Shown: positions 1 to 9,932 of the stretch, piece after piece
Position numbering within the stretch: the first letter of the stretch is position 1
Layout: each line of letters begins with the position of its first letter
Virus record (IMG/VR): IMGVR_UViG_3300029714_000015
DNA length: 45,376 bases
Source of the DNA: a virus
Reading direction: 5' to 3' (one strand)
Made by a program: the position numbers and the translations under genes
Notes under the pieces: model-generated
The model's input: only the letters and a program-made list of their open reading frames with translations
Told to the model about the DNA's origin: nothing
Database searches by the model: none

Positions 1-108
1 CATAACTCTTTTCTTTTTTATTCCCGGGAAACCGCCCGGTCGATCATCTTTGATATTGCAAATATAAGCACTTTGTTTTAATTACCAAAACTTTTAACCA
101 TTTTTTGT
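1..108 (-). promoter_or_regulatory. Conserved promoter/leader cassette, copy A. The same physical element as 45269..45376 if the contig is circular. Read on the minus strand it has a -33 TTTG, a 19-nt spacer, a TATATTTG -7 box, a leader hairpin CCGGG-N6-CCCGG, an A-rich RBS region and an ATG (cat at 1-3).
   Basis: 100-bp element repeated at 4450, 10940, 38807 and 45269 with about 97% identity. Fits the Bacteroides sigma-A promoter consensus TTTG-N19-21-TAnnTTTG. The ttcccgggaa palindrome and the ccggg/cccgg stem are seen directly in the sequence. Confidence 0.6.
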
Positions 109-758
109 TCTCCGTTTTTATTTGCCTCATCATATATTTTTTGTTTTAATTCTATTATACCTAATTCTACTAATGGCTCAACGCATTTAAAGAGTGCTCT
201 AACGTCTTCTATTGCATTATGCGCCTCAAAACTTTCTCCCGGAAATAACTTTGTATAAAGCTCATCTAACTTTGGGTATTTGTTCGGTTTGCCATTCGGA
301 TAACGTGCGCCAACAAATTTAATGGTACTTTTCATTGTATCTATACGTTTTCCCTTAAACAATGCCTTTTCCGCTTTTTCTTCATAATATTCGCGCCCCA
401 TTACACGCAAAATCATCGCTTTAATAATCGAGGTGTCAAAATAAATATTATGCCCAATAAGCAAATAAGCGTTATTACAATCGTCTAAAAATTCGTCTAT
501 TATTTCAGAAAATTGTACCCCCTCTCTTAATGCTCTCTCGGTTGTTATGCCGTGTATTTTTACTGTTTCGGGGGGTATTATCCAATTTTTAGGGTATATA
601 ATATAATTACGCTCTTTACCATTAAAAGACCATGCCAATTGTACTATATTGGGGAAAGTTATAAAATCGGTTTCCCATTTCTGCCCTTTTATTGGTATTC
701 CGGTTGTTTCGCAATCAAACACACAAATGTTTGATAAATCTATATTTCCCATAATCAA
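78..758 (-). CDS. DnaQ-like DEDDh 3'-5' exonuclease
   Basis: Exo I FDCETTG, Exo II GHNIYFD, Exo III HNAIEDV. 226 aa. The stop codon lies inside cassette copy A. Confidence 0.8.
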   Translation of the reverse strand: MIMGNIDLSNICVFDCETTGIPIKGQKWETDFITFPNIVQLAWSFNGKERNYIIYPKNWIIPPETVKIHGITTERALREGVQFSEIIDEFLDDCNNAYLLIGHNIYFDTSIIKAMILRVMGREYYEEKAEKALFKGKRIDTMKSTIKFVGARYPNGKPNKYPKLDELYTKLFPGESFEAHNAIEDVRALFKCVEPLVELGIIELKQKIYDEANKNGEQKMVKSFGN

Positions 759-1186
759 ATAGTATTAGGATCATCGATAAATAAATAAAATTCCTCGGCT
801 GCCAGTTGTTTTAATGTCTCTATATGTTCGATTAATTCGGCATTGCTTAACTCGCTAATCTCCCTTAACCGTGCTTCATATTTCCCGGCATCATTTACCC
901 ATTCTTCCAACATTATAGGAGAATATTCTCGCAATCTTTGTTCTGTCTGTTTTTCTGTTAATCGTTCTCCATTATCCAAAAATGCAGACTTAAACATTGG
1001 CACGATGTAATTATAGTAATATCCGCGTAACGCTGCCGATGTTCCGGGATTGCTAACTATAAAACGTGCTATAACCTTTTTGCCGGCGTGCATTGCAAAG
1101 AATTGTTTTAATTCTCCCATATACATAGATAACGCCCCGTTGTTGTTAATAACTCCGGTTGCGCATATTTCTTTCTTTTTCATCAA
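755..1186 (-). CDS. Hypothetical protein
   Basis: 143-aa ORF in series with its neighbours, with a 4-nt overlap to the downstream gene. Confidence 0.5.
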   Translation of the reverse strand: MMKKKEICATGVINNNGALSMYMGELKQFFAMHAGKKVIARFIVSNPGTSAALRGYYYNYIVPMFKSAFLDNGERLTEKQTEQRLREYSPIMLEEWVNDAGKYEARLREISELSNAELIEHIETLKQLAAEEFYLFIDDPNTI

Positions 1187-2195
1187 GAATTAATGTCTTT
1201 ATTGTTTTATTAAATGCCTCATCACCTATTTGTTTTATAATGGTTCTTTCATTGGAGCTATAACCACGACTTATTTTATTTATAACGTCAGTATATAAAG
1301 AAATAAAGTCATTTACATTCATATCTATAAACGGGTCTATTGGCGACGCTTTACCATTAGATATTACATAACGATTCTTTCTAATCGTCTTTAACTCTTT
1401 TAAGATGTTAGAAACATGGACATAAAACATTTCCATTTTTAAAACATCTTCTATTTTAAGTTTTGACACTGGAATTATATCATTTTGTTTTTTGCTGTTA
1501 ATACCATAACCAAACAATGCAAAATCGCCCTTACAAGGATCTCCCGGGAAAACTTCATTTAATTTACTTGTAATTTCTTTTGCCGTTATTATATCCGCTT
1601 TTTTCCTCTTTGTTAATCCTAACTTTAATGCTTCTTGCAAAACATGTGTATCAACCGGAATAATTAACGATGCCGAAGAAAATGTTTCCCATATACCAAA
1701 ATCTACCGGGGATTCTTTACGCACAACCCACCGCAAAAACATATTCAAACGTTTACACGCCGATCGGGTATCTTCATTTGGTACGCCGTTTACATCATGA
1801 AAATAATATTGTAACGCATCTAACGGGGAATTATCTATTGCAGTCTCCATGTCCGGATATAAACGATATATATGTTTTAAACGCTCACAAAGTTTATAAA
1901 AGTCTTTATATCTAAAAGTCCGATAAAGTATTTCATCTTCATTTTTAATACTCGGATTAAAATTTAATATATAATCATACGGCCGTCCATTGAATAAGCA
2001 TTTATCTACAAAGTCAGCTTTTTTAATGATTTGTTCACGATTACCCCATGACAACCACGATGTAACAAACGCCGAAATTTCAATGTCTTGTTTAACAGTA
2101 TATCTATGAGGTATTTGTATAGGGTCAAATTTTATAAAATCGGCTGTCTCATACTCTTTTGCCCAAAACTTTAATATATCTTTAATAGTAGCCAT
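1146..2195 (-). CDS. HhH-GPD superfamily DNA glycosylase-like protein (DUF2400/TIGR02757-like). Start moved to the internal Met MATIKD.
   Basis: GIWETFSSASLIIPVDTHVLQEALKLGL resembles the HhH-(V/I)DTH(V/I) element of EndoIII/MutY. The downstream FPGDPCKGDFALFGYG is a Gly/Pro-rich loop with a candidate catalytic Asp. The first 41 codons of the long ORF read as non-coding and overlap the upstream gene. Confidence 0.55.
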   Translation of the reverse strand: MATIKDILKFWAKEYETADFIKFDPIQIPHRYTVKQDIEISAFVTSWLSWGNREQIIKKADFVDKCLFNGRPYDYILNFNPSIKNEDEILYRTFRYKDFYKLCERLKHIYRLYPDMETAIDNSPLDALQYYFHDVNGVPNEDTRSACKRLNMFLRWVVRKESPVDFGIWETFSSASLIIPVDTHVLQEALKLGLTKRKKADIITAKEITSKLNEVFPGDPCKGDFALFGYGINSKKQNDIIPVSKLKIEDVLKMEMFYVHVSNILKELKTIRKNRYVISNGKASPIDPFIDMNVNDFISLYTDVINKISRGYSSNERTIIKQIGDEAFNKTIKTLILDEKERNMRNRSY

Positions 2196-2205
2196 TTTAT
2201 CACTT

Positions 2206-2751
2206 TTATACAAAATCAAAAAAACGAACAATGGAATAATCTTTTTTAGAAAAAGCTCTTTCTTTTTCTCTCCTTTTCTTTCCTTTGAGAAAAGGATCAA
2301 ATATCGGTACTGGCGCATGGCAATTTATCTCGCCCGTCTTTATCAAAGAGCAATATTCATTATATATTTTATGCCAACTTCTTTTATCGCTTATATAACA
2401 ACAATTCGGGTAATAAGAGCGTAAAAATTCTCCTTTCAAAAAGTCTAATTCTTGCTCTATTTTGTTAGAATCGCCTCTATATCCTAATTTATTTTCGAGA
2501 ACAATTCTATAATAAACATTGGCACATTCAAGTATTTTTATAGCCGTTAACACATTAATATTGTATTCGACCAATCCATGACAAACAACATATTTACCGT
2601 TTTTTATTCTCAATCGTATATCAAAGAATTTTACCCCAGCATTTATTTGCTCATCGATACCTTTTTCTTGACATCGCGAAAATGGTTGTAAAAGTTTCAT
2701 ATACCACCGTTTTACCGGATATGCGGTTAATGAATTATGAGATGCGTACAT
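2206..2751 (-). CDS. SHN-motif protein, AT-rich paralog A. Possible PLC-like phosphodiesterase (PI-PLC X-box-like GSHN..Y, FD.R, CHG).
   Basis: About 45% identical to ORF 13443..13988 along the full length (MY.SHN..TAYPV.RWYM..LQPF.RCQ...FD.R.R....V.HG...LEN...R.VLEN...LKG.FL..SDKR.W..YN...DFV). The function call rests only on motif resemblance. Confidence 0.35.
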   Translation of the reverse strand: MYASHNSLTAYPVKRWYMKLLQPFSRCQEKGIDEQINAGVKFFDIRLRIKNGKYVVCHGLVEYNINVLTAIKILECANVYYRIVLENKLGYRGDSNKIEQELDFLKGEFLRSYYPNCCYISDKRSWHKIYNEYCSLIKTGEINCHAPVPIFDPFLKGKKRREKERAFSKKDYSIVRFFDFV

Positions 2752-2753
2752 AA

Positions 2754-4166
2754 TTATTGTTTTTCTGAATATTCCTCTATAATTAAATCTTCTTGCCCTC
2801 TTTTAACTTCCTCTATAAAGCCTTGAAACCCGTTTTTTTTCGCGATTTCTATAATTGTTTTTAGCCGTTTTTCGCCTAAACTTTCGCCCCGGGCTATTCT
2901 AAATACCTTAACTGTTGGATTGCTCGCAATTATTAGCTTCGTTGCGACTTCCATTATTTGCGAATCAGACACTTTCCCAGCAATAAACGGTACTCCATTT
3001 AACTCTAATCCCTCATCTGTAAACGATAATCCAGTAATGGGCAATTTAGATGTAGATATAAGTGTTTCACGTTCGGAAAGTAACCCATTTATTTTATCCT
3101 CTAATATATCGACTTCTTTTACCTTATCTTCTTTTATTTTCTTCTTTGATAAGAAATCCTCGACTTTGGCGTTCATTTTGTTGTGTTCTTCCGCCTCGCG
3201 TATCTGCTCGGCAATATTAACCTTTTCCAGATCGTTTTTATCATACTCCGCTAACCATTTATCCGCGTTATTTTTACGTGTCTCTAAATCATTTTTTTTG
3301 TTTTCGATCTCGGCCAAACGATCTTTATAAGACCTCTCAACAACCTTACTATTATCGTCGAATCTCTTTAATATTTCTTGATAATCTCTTTCCGCTTTTT
3401 TGCGCTGTTTGTCTATATCTCTCATAGCTTCTTTATATTCTTTCTCGGCGCACGAAAGAAGTACCGGTATTTCCTCTAATTGTTTTATACGTTCTTCTCT
3501 TGCACTTCTCACCGTTTTTGCCTTTTCCAAAAGTTGCGCATTTAGCCGTTGTTCTTTTATTAAAACGGAAATATCTCGCGGTTCTGCATACTTTTGCAAG
3601 TCATTCGTATTTAGCCCTTTTTCCGCCGCCGAACATATTGCCGAATATGTTTTTATCTCTCTATTTAAATCGGTTCTTTCTTCTTTTAATTGAACAACAT
3701 TTTTATCTATTTCGTCGATGCGATTTCGGACATCGATAGGCAATAAAGATTTTACGACATTTATTTGTCTCCGCCTACCCTCTGCCGTTTCCGACCAACG
3801 GGAAAATTCCACAGCGTCATAATCGGTATATCCAAAAACACTTTGCAACATCGATAAATTATCTGAACGAACACCGGTTGTTTTCTGTTTTATTGTCAGT
3901 GTTCCGCGTGGATTAGCTTTTGTAAAACGCAATTCAACTTCATATTCTTCCCCGTCATCGCCCACAATCATTTTTGCAAATCCTTTGTTTTCGCCATTTC
4001 TTAAAACAGAATCACGATTACCGGTAAGCAATGCGCCAATGGCTTTTAACACCGTCGATTTCCCCAACTCATTATCACCAGTAATGAAATAAACATTACC
4101 GCTAAAATCGGCGTTTAATTCTTTAATTACTTGGAAGTTGACCAACTCTAATTTCTTTACTATCAT
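2754..4166 (-). CDS. SbcC/SMC/RecF-like AAA ATPase with central coiled-coil
   Basis: N-terminal Walker A FITGDNELGKSTVLKAIG, a long K/E-rich coiled-coil region, and a C-terminal ABC-like region. 470 aa. Confidence 0.55.
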   Translation of the reverse strand: MIVKKLELVNFQVIKELNADFSGNVYFITGDNELGKSTVLKAIGALLTGNRDSVLRNGENKGFAKMIVGDDGEEYEVELRFTKANPRGTLTIKQKTTGVRSDNLSMLQSVFGYTDYDAVEFSRWSETAEGRRRQINVVKSLLPIDVRNRIDEIDKNVVQLKEERTDLNREIKTYSAICSAAEKGLNTNDLQKYAEPRDISVLIKEQRLNAQLLEKAKTVRSAREERIKQLEEIPVLLSCAEKEYKEAMRDIDKQRKKAERDYQEILKRFDDNSKVVERSYKDRLAEIENKKNDLETRKNNADKWLAEYDKNDLEKVNIAEQIREAEEHNKMNAKVEDFLSKKKIKEDKVKEVDILEDKINGLLSERETLISTSKLPITGLSFTDEGLELNGVPFIAGKVSDSQIMEVATKLIIASNPTVKVFRIARGESLGEKRLKTIIEIAKKNGFQGFIEEVKRGQEDLIIEEYSEKQ

Positions 4167-4176
4167 AACTTATGTA

Positions 4177-4452
4177 TTATATCATTTCTTGTAAATTATT
4201 CTCTACAATGGCACAAGCTAACACCCATGCTTGTTTTTTACTAACAAAGGCAACTCTAAAAGAAAAAGGATTCATTTTTGATAATATAGTTTCCGCTACT
4301 TTTGCCGCGAAACATTCTATTTTTGCGACCTCGTTTAATACCGTAGCAAGTCTTTCATAACCGAATTGAAAGCCGTCATAATCATATTTTGTATGACTTG
4401 ATGCACCCTCTATTGATCTTGCAACTTTGCATTTTAATTGATAATCATTCAT
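4177..4452 (-). CDS. Hypothetical protein. First gene after cassette copy B.
   Basis: 91-aa ORF whose ATG is the terminal cat of the cassette. Confidence 0.5.
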   Translation of the reverse strand: MNDYQLKCKVARSIEGASSHTKYDYDGFQFGYERLATVLNEVAKIECFAAKVAETILSKMNPFSFRVAFVSKKQAWVLACAIVENNLQEMI

Positions 4453-4548
4453 AACTCTTTTCTTTTTATTCCCGGGAAATCGCCCGGTCGATCATCTTTG
4501 ATACTGCAAATATAAGTACTTTATTTTAATTACCAAAACTTTTAACTA
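4450..4548 (-). promoter_or_regulatory. Conserved promoter/leader cassette, copy B
   Basis: Same element as 1..108 with a few substitutions (aaatcg, atactg, agtact). It ends at the ATG of 4177..4452 and overlaps the stop of the RuvC-like gene. Confidence 0.6.
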
Positions 4549-5094
4549 TTTTTTTGCATCAAATATTTTATAGTGAATTTGATTAGGCAAATTTTGCAAT
4601 ACCCATTCAAAATTATTTTGAAGAACAAAACGGCCAAAATGTAATAATAATAAAGCGTCGCAATTCCATAGAGTAACCTTAACATCAGGATAACAATCAA
4701 TGGCCGCTCTTTGAAATCTTTTTTTTCTATCCTTTCTTTCCTCTCCTTTTACTCTTACCTTTAAGGTGTTTTGCCATTTCATAGGATTAACAAGGACGAA
4801 AGGAATATCACAAACAGATATAACCGTTTTTAATATCTCAAAGTCGGCTAACATTTTTTGAATCCTAAATGCTTTTCCCGTATTATCTTCTATATCATCA
4901 GGGCGTAATTGCACTTTTTCTAAAAAAATAAGCGGATTACAAATACTTGTTATATATTCAAAATATTGCCTTAAATCTAAAATATTAGACGGCATTTTTA
5001 ACACCTCGGTTTTATAGTTAGGTCGCCATACAGCTAAACCGCCGGACTTTCCCGGATCTATTCCTATAATACAATCAATCGTTATTTTTTCCAT
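4546..5094 (-). CDS. RuvC-like Holliday junction resolvase
   Basis: N-terminal GIDPGKSGGLAV motif typical of RuvC/YqgF-fold resolvases. 182 aa. Confidence 0.65.
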   Translation of the reverse strand: MEKITIDCIIGIDPGKSGGLAVWRPNYKTEVLKMPSNILDLRQYFEYITSICNPLIFLEKVQLRPDDIEDNTGKAFRIQKMLADFEILKTVISVCDIPFVLVNPMKWQNTLKVRVKGEERKDRKKRFQRAAIDCYPDVKVTLWNCDALLLLHFGRFVLQNNFEWVLQNLPNQIHYKIFDAKK

Positions 5095-5095
5095 T

Positions 5096-5990
5096 TTAGA
5101 AGTTTATATAGTTATATATATATATATCGTCTTTTATCATTCGATCAAATGCACATTTTATTTCCCTTTTACGAGCCATTATAAAAACAGTATTATCTAT
5201 TTCCGAACTGTAAATGCCTTGTTTCTGAACTCTTAATGCGGAAAACTTGTTGACAAAGCCATTTATTGCCCTTTTTAAATATAAATTATATGCGCATTCG
5301 CGGTCTTTTTCCGTTTCCTTTATATCGTCGGCATAACCGATTGAAAACAGCCATTTATACACAAATAGATCATCTATATTTCGCAAACGTAAAACTCCTG
5401 TGTATTTATAACATAAATAAGCATGTAAACAGATATTAATAATCTGTTTGTGATATATAACTCTATCCTCATCAGATGAGGTATTATATTTCGGCAATAA
5501 ACTATACGCCTTACTTAGCACATTTATTCGCTTTCGGCAATACGCATTTAATATCCGGCCGAAATAATCAATATTAAATTGCTGGAAATGTTTTTTTTCC
5601 GGATTACCGTTTTTATCCTTTGGTAAAAATTCATCTAATTCACCAGCAATCAACATTTCAAATGACAACTTTATTTCGCTTAATGAGAGGTTGCAATAAT
5701 AAGTTTTAATAAATTGCAACAATCGACTACAAGTATATGCCCATTCGGAAGCATCAGACGGCAAAAAACCTACATCTTTGGCGATATATTTAAACAAAGA
5801 GGCCGTTTTATGTAACAATGTATTATCGTCTATATTTATTATAGGCGTTTTCAAAGATGCGTCAAAAACATTTCGTTCAATGGGAGATAGAATACTATCA
5901 ATATCCGAATAATCATTTAGAAATCTCCTTAAATTAACCGATTTCTCCGTATTATATGCGGACATCATTAAATTATCATGTTTTACTATC

Positions 5991-5998
<8 letters not shown>
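5096..5998 (-). CDS. Hypothetical protein
   Basis: 300-aa ORF packed tightly between RuvC and the initiator-like gene. Confidence 0.5.
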
Positions 5999-6815
<817 letters not shown>

Positions 6816-6818
6816 TTT

Positions 6819-7967
6819 TTAAATTTCCGGACATTCATTTAACAAATTTTCTTTACCATTCTTTTTTGCGTTTTTAGGGAGATTCACTCGTTTTTGTACA
6901 ACGGTAGATCTTTTCTTTTTTGTGGTCTTTACGGGCTTCTTTGATGCCTCTACGCTCTTTTTTGGTCTGCCCCGCTTTATCGACGGTTTTTTTTGCGGTT
7001 CTGTTTCCTCTTTTTGCTCTTTGGGAGATTTCTTTAAAAGCTCTGCTAACGTTAACGACGTTATATTTTTTGTTAAGTCCGTAGATGCGTCTAAGGTTAT
7101 AACACCGGAAACATGTGTAAAAACATTATCTTTCTTGCTGTCCTCTATTGTCGCTAATTCAAGCAAGGCAGATATTTTTTTTGCATTTGGGCTTTCTGTT
7201 TGATCTTTAAGGTTGTAAGAGGGGTATTTTTTCCAATCTTTGGGACTAAAATTAAAAACCCTGTCAATCTGCATGTTAGGGTAATTGTAATTCCAAAGTT
7301 CTTTATACATGTGTAATTGTATCTCCGCATCTTCATAAAAGCCCTTTTTGCTGCTTTTAAAGTCTATAATTGCGGTTATACGCTCTTTTTTGCCAATGCT
7401 CGATAACATTGTACAAGGGCAATCAATCATGCCGGCATATTTATAGAGTGGGTGAACTAACGCTATTTCTATCGCCAACGGTCGAACATCATAATCTAAT
7501 ACGAATTGCGCAAAAGATAAAACATCTTTCTTTAACTCATCGGCATAGTAAATAAAATCATCGGGCAATCTATTTGCCTCTATATATGCTTTTAACTTGT
7601 CTTTTAAATCGTCTAAGTTATAAGAGCTGTTTATTAACAGTTCTTCAAATGCGCTGTGCATAAACGACCCATAAGAGGCACGTTCGCTTTTATATCTTTC
7701 CGCTTCTTCTATACCCTTAGATGCGATCCAATTAATTAAGAACTCAGATTTTGGCAACGTTTGCGATAATATAGTCGTAACTGACGGGTAAAACTCCGGA
7801 ATGCCAAAATCATTGTATTTGTAATAATATCTATGCCCACAACTGTTTAACTGCCAAATACTATATGGCTGCTTAACTAACTTGTTGGAAATAAACATTG
7901 CTGTCATTTCCTCTGACGTTATATTAGGCAATATTTCAACGGGTAATTTATCGGCTATCTTCTCCAT
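6819..7967 (-). CDS. PD-(D/E)XK nuclease (YqaJ/lambda-exonuclease/Cas4-like) with a Lys-rich, AT-hook-like C-terminal tail
   Basis: IIDFKSSKK (D-x-K) and QLHMYKELW (QhxxY) motifs. The C-terminus has KRGRPKK and a K-rich tail. Confidence 0.6.
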   Translation of the reverse strand: MEKIADKLPVEILPNITSEEMTAMFISNKLVKQPYSIWQLNSCGHRYYYKYNDFGIPEFYPSVTTILSQTLPKSEFLINWIASKGIEEAERYKSERASYGSFMHSAFEELLINSSYNLDDLKDKLKAYIEANRLPDDFIYYADELKKDVLSFAQFVLDYDVRPLAIEIALVHPLYKYAGMIDCPCTMLSSIGKKERITAIIDFKSSKKGFYEDAEIQLHMYKELWNYNYPNMQIDRVFNFSPKDWKKYPSYNLKDQTESPNAKKISALLELATIEDSKKDNVFTHVSGVITLDASTDLTKNITSLTLAELLKKSPKEQKEETEPQKKPSIKRGRPKKSVEASKKPVKTTKKKRSTVVQKRVNLPKNAKKNGKENLLNECPEI

Positions 7968-7968
7968 A

Positions 7969-8169
7969 CTATTTGTCTTTTAAATCTTTTACACCCAATG
8001 CGACCATTATACCACATATAAATGCAAAAAATAACTGTGAAATGTTCCAAAAAGAACCGATTAAACAAACAATTCCCAACAAGCCAAATACAAGAATTAT
8101 CGTTTTTGCAAACGTTTCATTTGTCATCATAACCAAAAAGATAATTAGGTGTACAATCACACATTTCAC
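7969..8169 (-). CDS. Small hydrophobic protein
   Basis: 66-aa ORF with two predicted TM stretches. It overlaps the upstream HTH gene, so the start is uncertain. Confidence 0.3.
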   Translation of the reverse strand: MKCVIVHLIIFLVMMTNETFAKTIILVFGLLGIVCLIGSFWNISQLFFAFICGIMVALGVKDLKDK

Positions 8170-8350
8170 AAATAACTATTACCCATTCGGGCAAAATTCG
8201 TTTTGTTTTCCCATTACATAAACTTGTCATGTTTACTTGCTGGGTGGCGGTACTCACACCCGGGAATAACCGGGCGGCAATATCCTTTTTAAGGACTTTT
8301 TTTCCATTCGCTGCCGAAAGGGCAATTGCTTCGTTTACTTTTAACTGCAT
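8117..8350 (-). CDS. Small helix-turn-helix DNA-binding protein
   Basis: LKKDIAARLFPGVSTATQQVNMTSL resembles an XRE/Cro-like HTH. Locally GC-richer. Confidence 0.45.
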   Translation of the reverse strand: MQLKVNEAIALSAANGKKVLKKDIAARLFPGVSTATQQVNMTSLCNGKTKRILPEWVIVICEMCDCTPNYLFGYDDK

Positions 8351-8358
8351 AATTATAA

Positions 8359-8838
8359 TTATTTAATAAAACCACAATTTTTACACGTTTTTTCTTCCCA
8401 TAAAGTAGCATATTCAAAGGCCGACAAATAACCGTCTCCGCCTATATTTTTATAATCTCCGTCGGTTATTTCCATTTCTCCGCCACATATAGGGCAATCT
8501 CCATGTCCAAAGAGAACCAGATCAAAAAAAGCGTATATATCATCTTCATTTACATTTAGAATACCAACTGTTTTAAGTATATTTATTATTTCCGAGTTAA
8601 GGACAACTCTAATAAGACAGTCGTAAACACTTTCGCCGTAATTGTCCGGGCAATCCTCTACCATTCTCTGTTGTATTAGTGCACAAACTATTTGTTCTTC
8701 AACAATGGCTATTTCTTTGTTTGCCCTTTGGGCTAAATACTGTAATTGTTCGTTTTTTTTCAGTTTCATAATGATTCGCACTATCCCTGTGCGTAGGCTT
8801 AACGTTGCAAATATATGTATATTATTTTTTATTACCAA
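8359..8838 (-). CDS. Hypothetical Zn-ribbon protein
   Basis: C-terminal CPICGG...CKNCG cysteine pairs. Confidence 0.5.
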   Translation of the reverse strand: MVIKNNIHIFATLSLRTGIVRIIMKLKKNEQLQYLAQRANKEIAIVEEQIVCALIQQRMVEDCPDNYGESVYDCLIRVVLNSEIINILKTVGILNVNEDDIYAFFDLVLFGHGDCPICGGEMEITDGDYKNIGGDGYLSAFEYATLWEEKTCKNCGFIK

Positions 8839-8987
8839 AATATTTTCTTTGTTTTTTATTTTTTTACTATGGAGAAATATTTGTCCTTAATATATTTATT
8901 CCTATATTTGTGCATCTTAATGGCACATTTCTTGCCATTACATAAAATATCCGTCGGCTTTACCTCTTTTCCTGACGGATATTTTTT

Positions 8988-9932
8988 TTATTCCTCAAAC
9001 AACGTTTTAGGACGTTCGTCCGGCAAATATTTTCCCACTTTACTTAATACAAGTCTTAACGCCTCTCTATATGTAACATCGCCATTTTTATAATTCATAA
9101 AACATTCATACGCCTTTGGGTGTAACTTTAAAAGCATCTCAAATCTTGAAACTTTTTCTATATGCGCGCCAAATCCACAAAACATACAACCGGTTCTACG
9201 ATGTCCATTATCGTATAGTTCGCAATACGGGACTTTAAATTTACGCAAGTAATCCCATATATCCGCTTCTGTCCAAATGCTTATTGGATAACTTTCTATA
9301 TGATTATTTTGAAATGAATTGCAACCGCCTCGCCGTATATACTCTCGTTCTCTTAAATTGCTTTCGCCAGCCATAACACCTAAAATCGGCACTTCGCCGG
9401 TCTGTTTATTATACTTTGTAAAAGGCCGTTTTTTTAAATATTCGCAACATTGTTCTGAAATCATAAAAGGCTGTTTTATTAGAAACTGCCAACGATCGGC
9501 AATCTTACCGCTAAGTAACCCTTTACTTTTATCCGTTCCATGTAAGCGAATATAAAGTAACTTTTCGCTCTTGGTTGTTTTGGCTTGGCGTATACTGTGT
9601 GATTGTTCTTTCGATATGAGCGGAAAACCATATTTGCCGATAACTTCCCTTACCGTAATTTCCGGCCGTATTATCGTTACGTTCTCGGTGCTTCTGACAA
9701 AGCGTACTATTTCGGGGTACTCGTTGCCAGTATTGCAAAAAACACCCTTTATATCTCTATTGACAAATCGCCGCACTATATCAAGTAAAACTGTTGAATC
9801 TTTGCCACCAGAAAAAGACACATAGGGAATTTTACCCGTTTTTGCGATAAATGATTCTATTGTTCCAACAGAATGATCTATTTTTTGCGAAAGCGTCCAT
9901 TTTTGCCTATTTTTTAAGTCCTCTATTGTCAT
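8988..9932 (-). CDS. PAPS-reductase family (PP-loop ATP pyrophosphatase) protein with a Cys-rich C-terminus
   Basis: PP-loop VSFSGGKDS. C-terminal cysteines (CCEY, GGCNSF, CMFCGFG) that could ligate a metal or Fe-S cluster. Confidence 0.75.
   Translation of the reverse strand: MTIEDLKNRQKWTLSQKIDHSVGTIESFIAKTGKIPYVSFSGGKDSTVLLDIVRRFVNRDIKGVFCNTGNEYPEIVRFVRSTENVTIIRPEITVREVIGKYGFPLISKEQSHSIRQAKTTKSEKLLYIRLHGTDKSKGLLSGKIADRWQFLIKQPFMISEQCCEYLKKRPFTKYNKQTGEVPILGVMAGESNLREREYIRRGGCNSFQNNHIESYPISIWTEADIWDYLRKFKVPYCELYDNGHRRTGCMFCGFGAHIEKVSRFEMLLKLHPKAYECFMNYKNGDVTYREALRLVLSKVGKYLPDERPKTLFEE

Noticed and set aside
2920-3693. Plus-strand ORFs (136, 97 and 79 aa) inside the SbcC-like gene
   Set aside because: Antisense shadow ORFs of a well-supported minus-strand gene. 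Low-complexity, S/F/L-rich translations.
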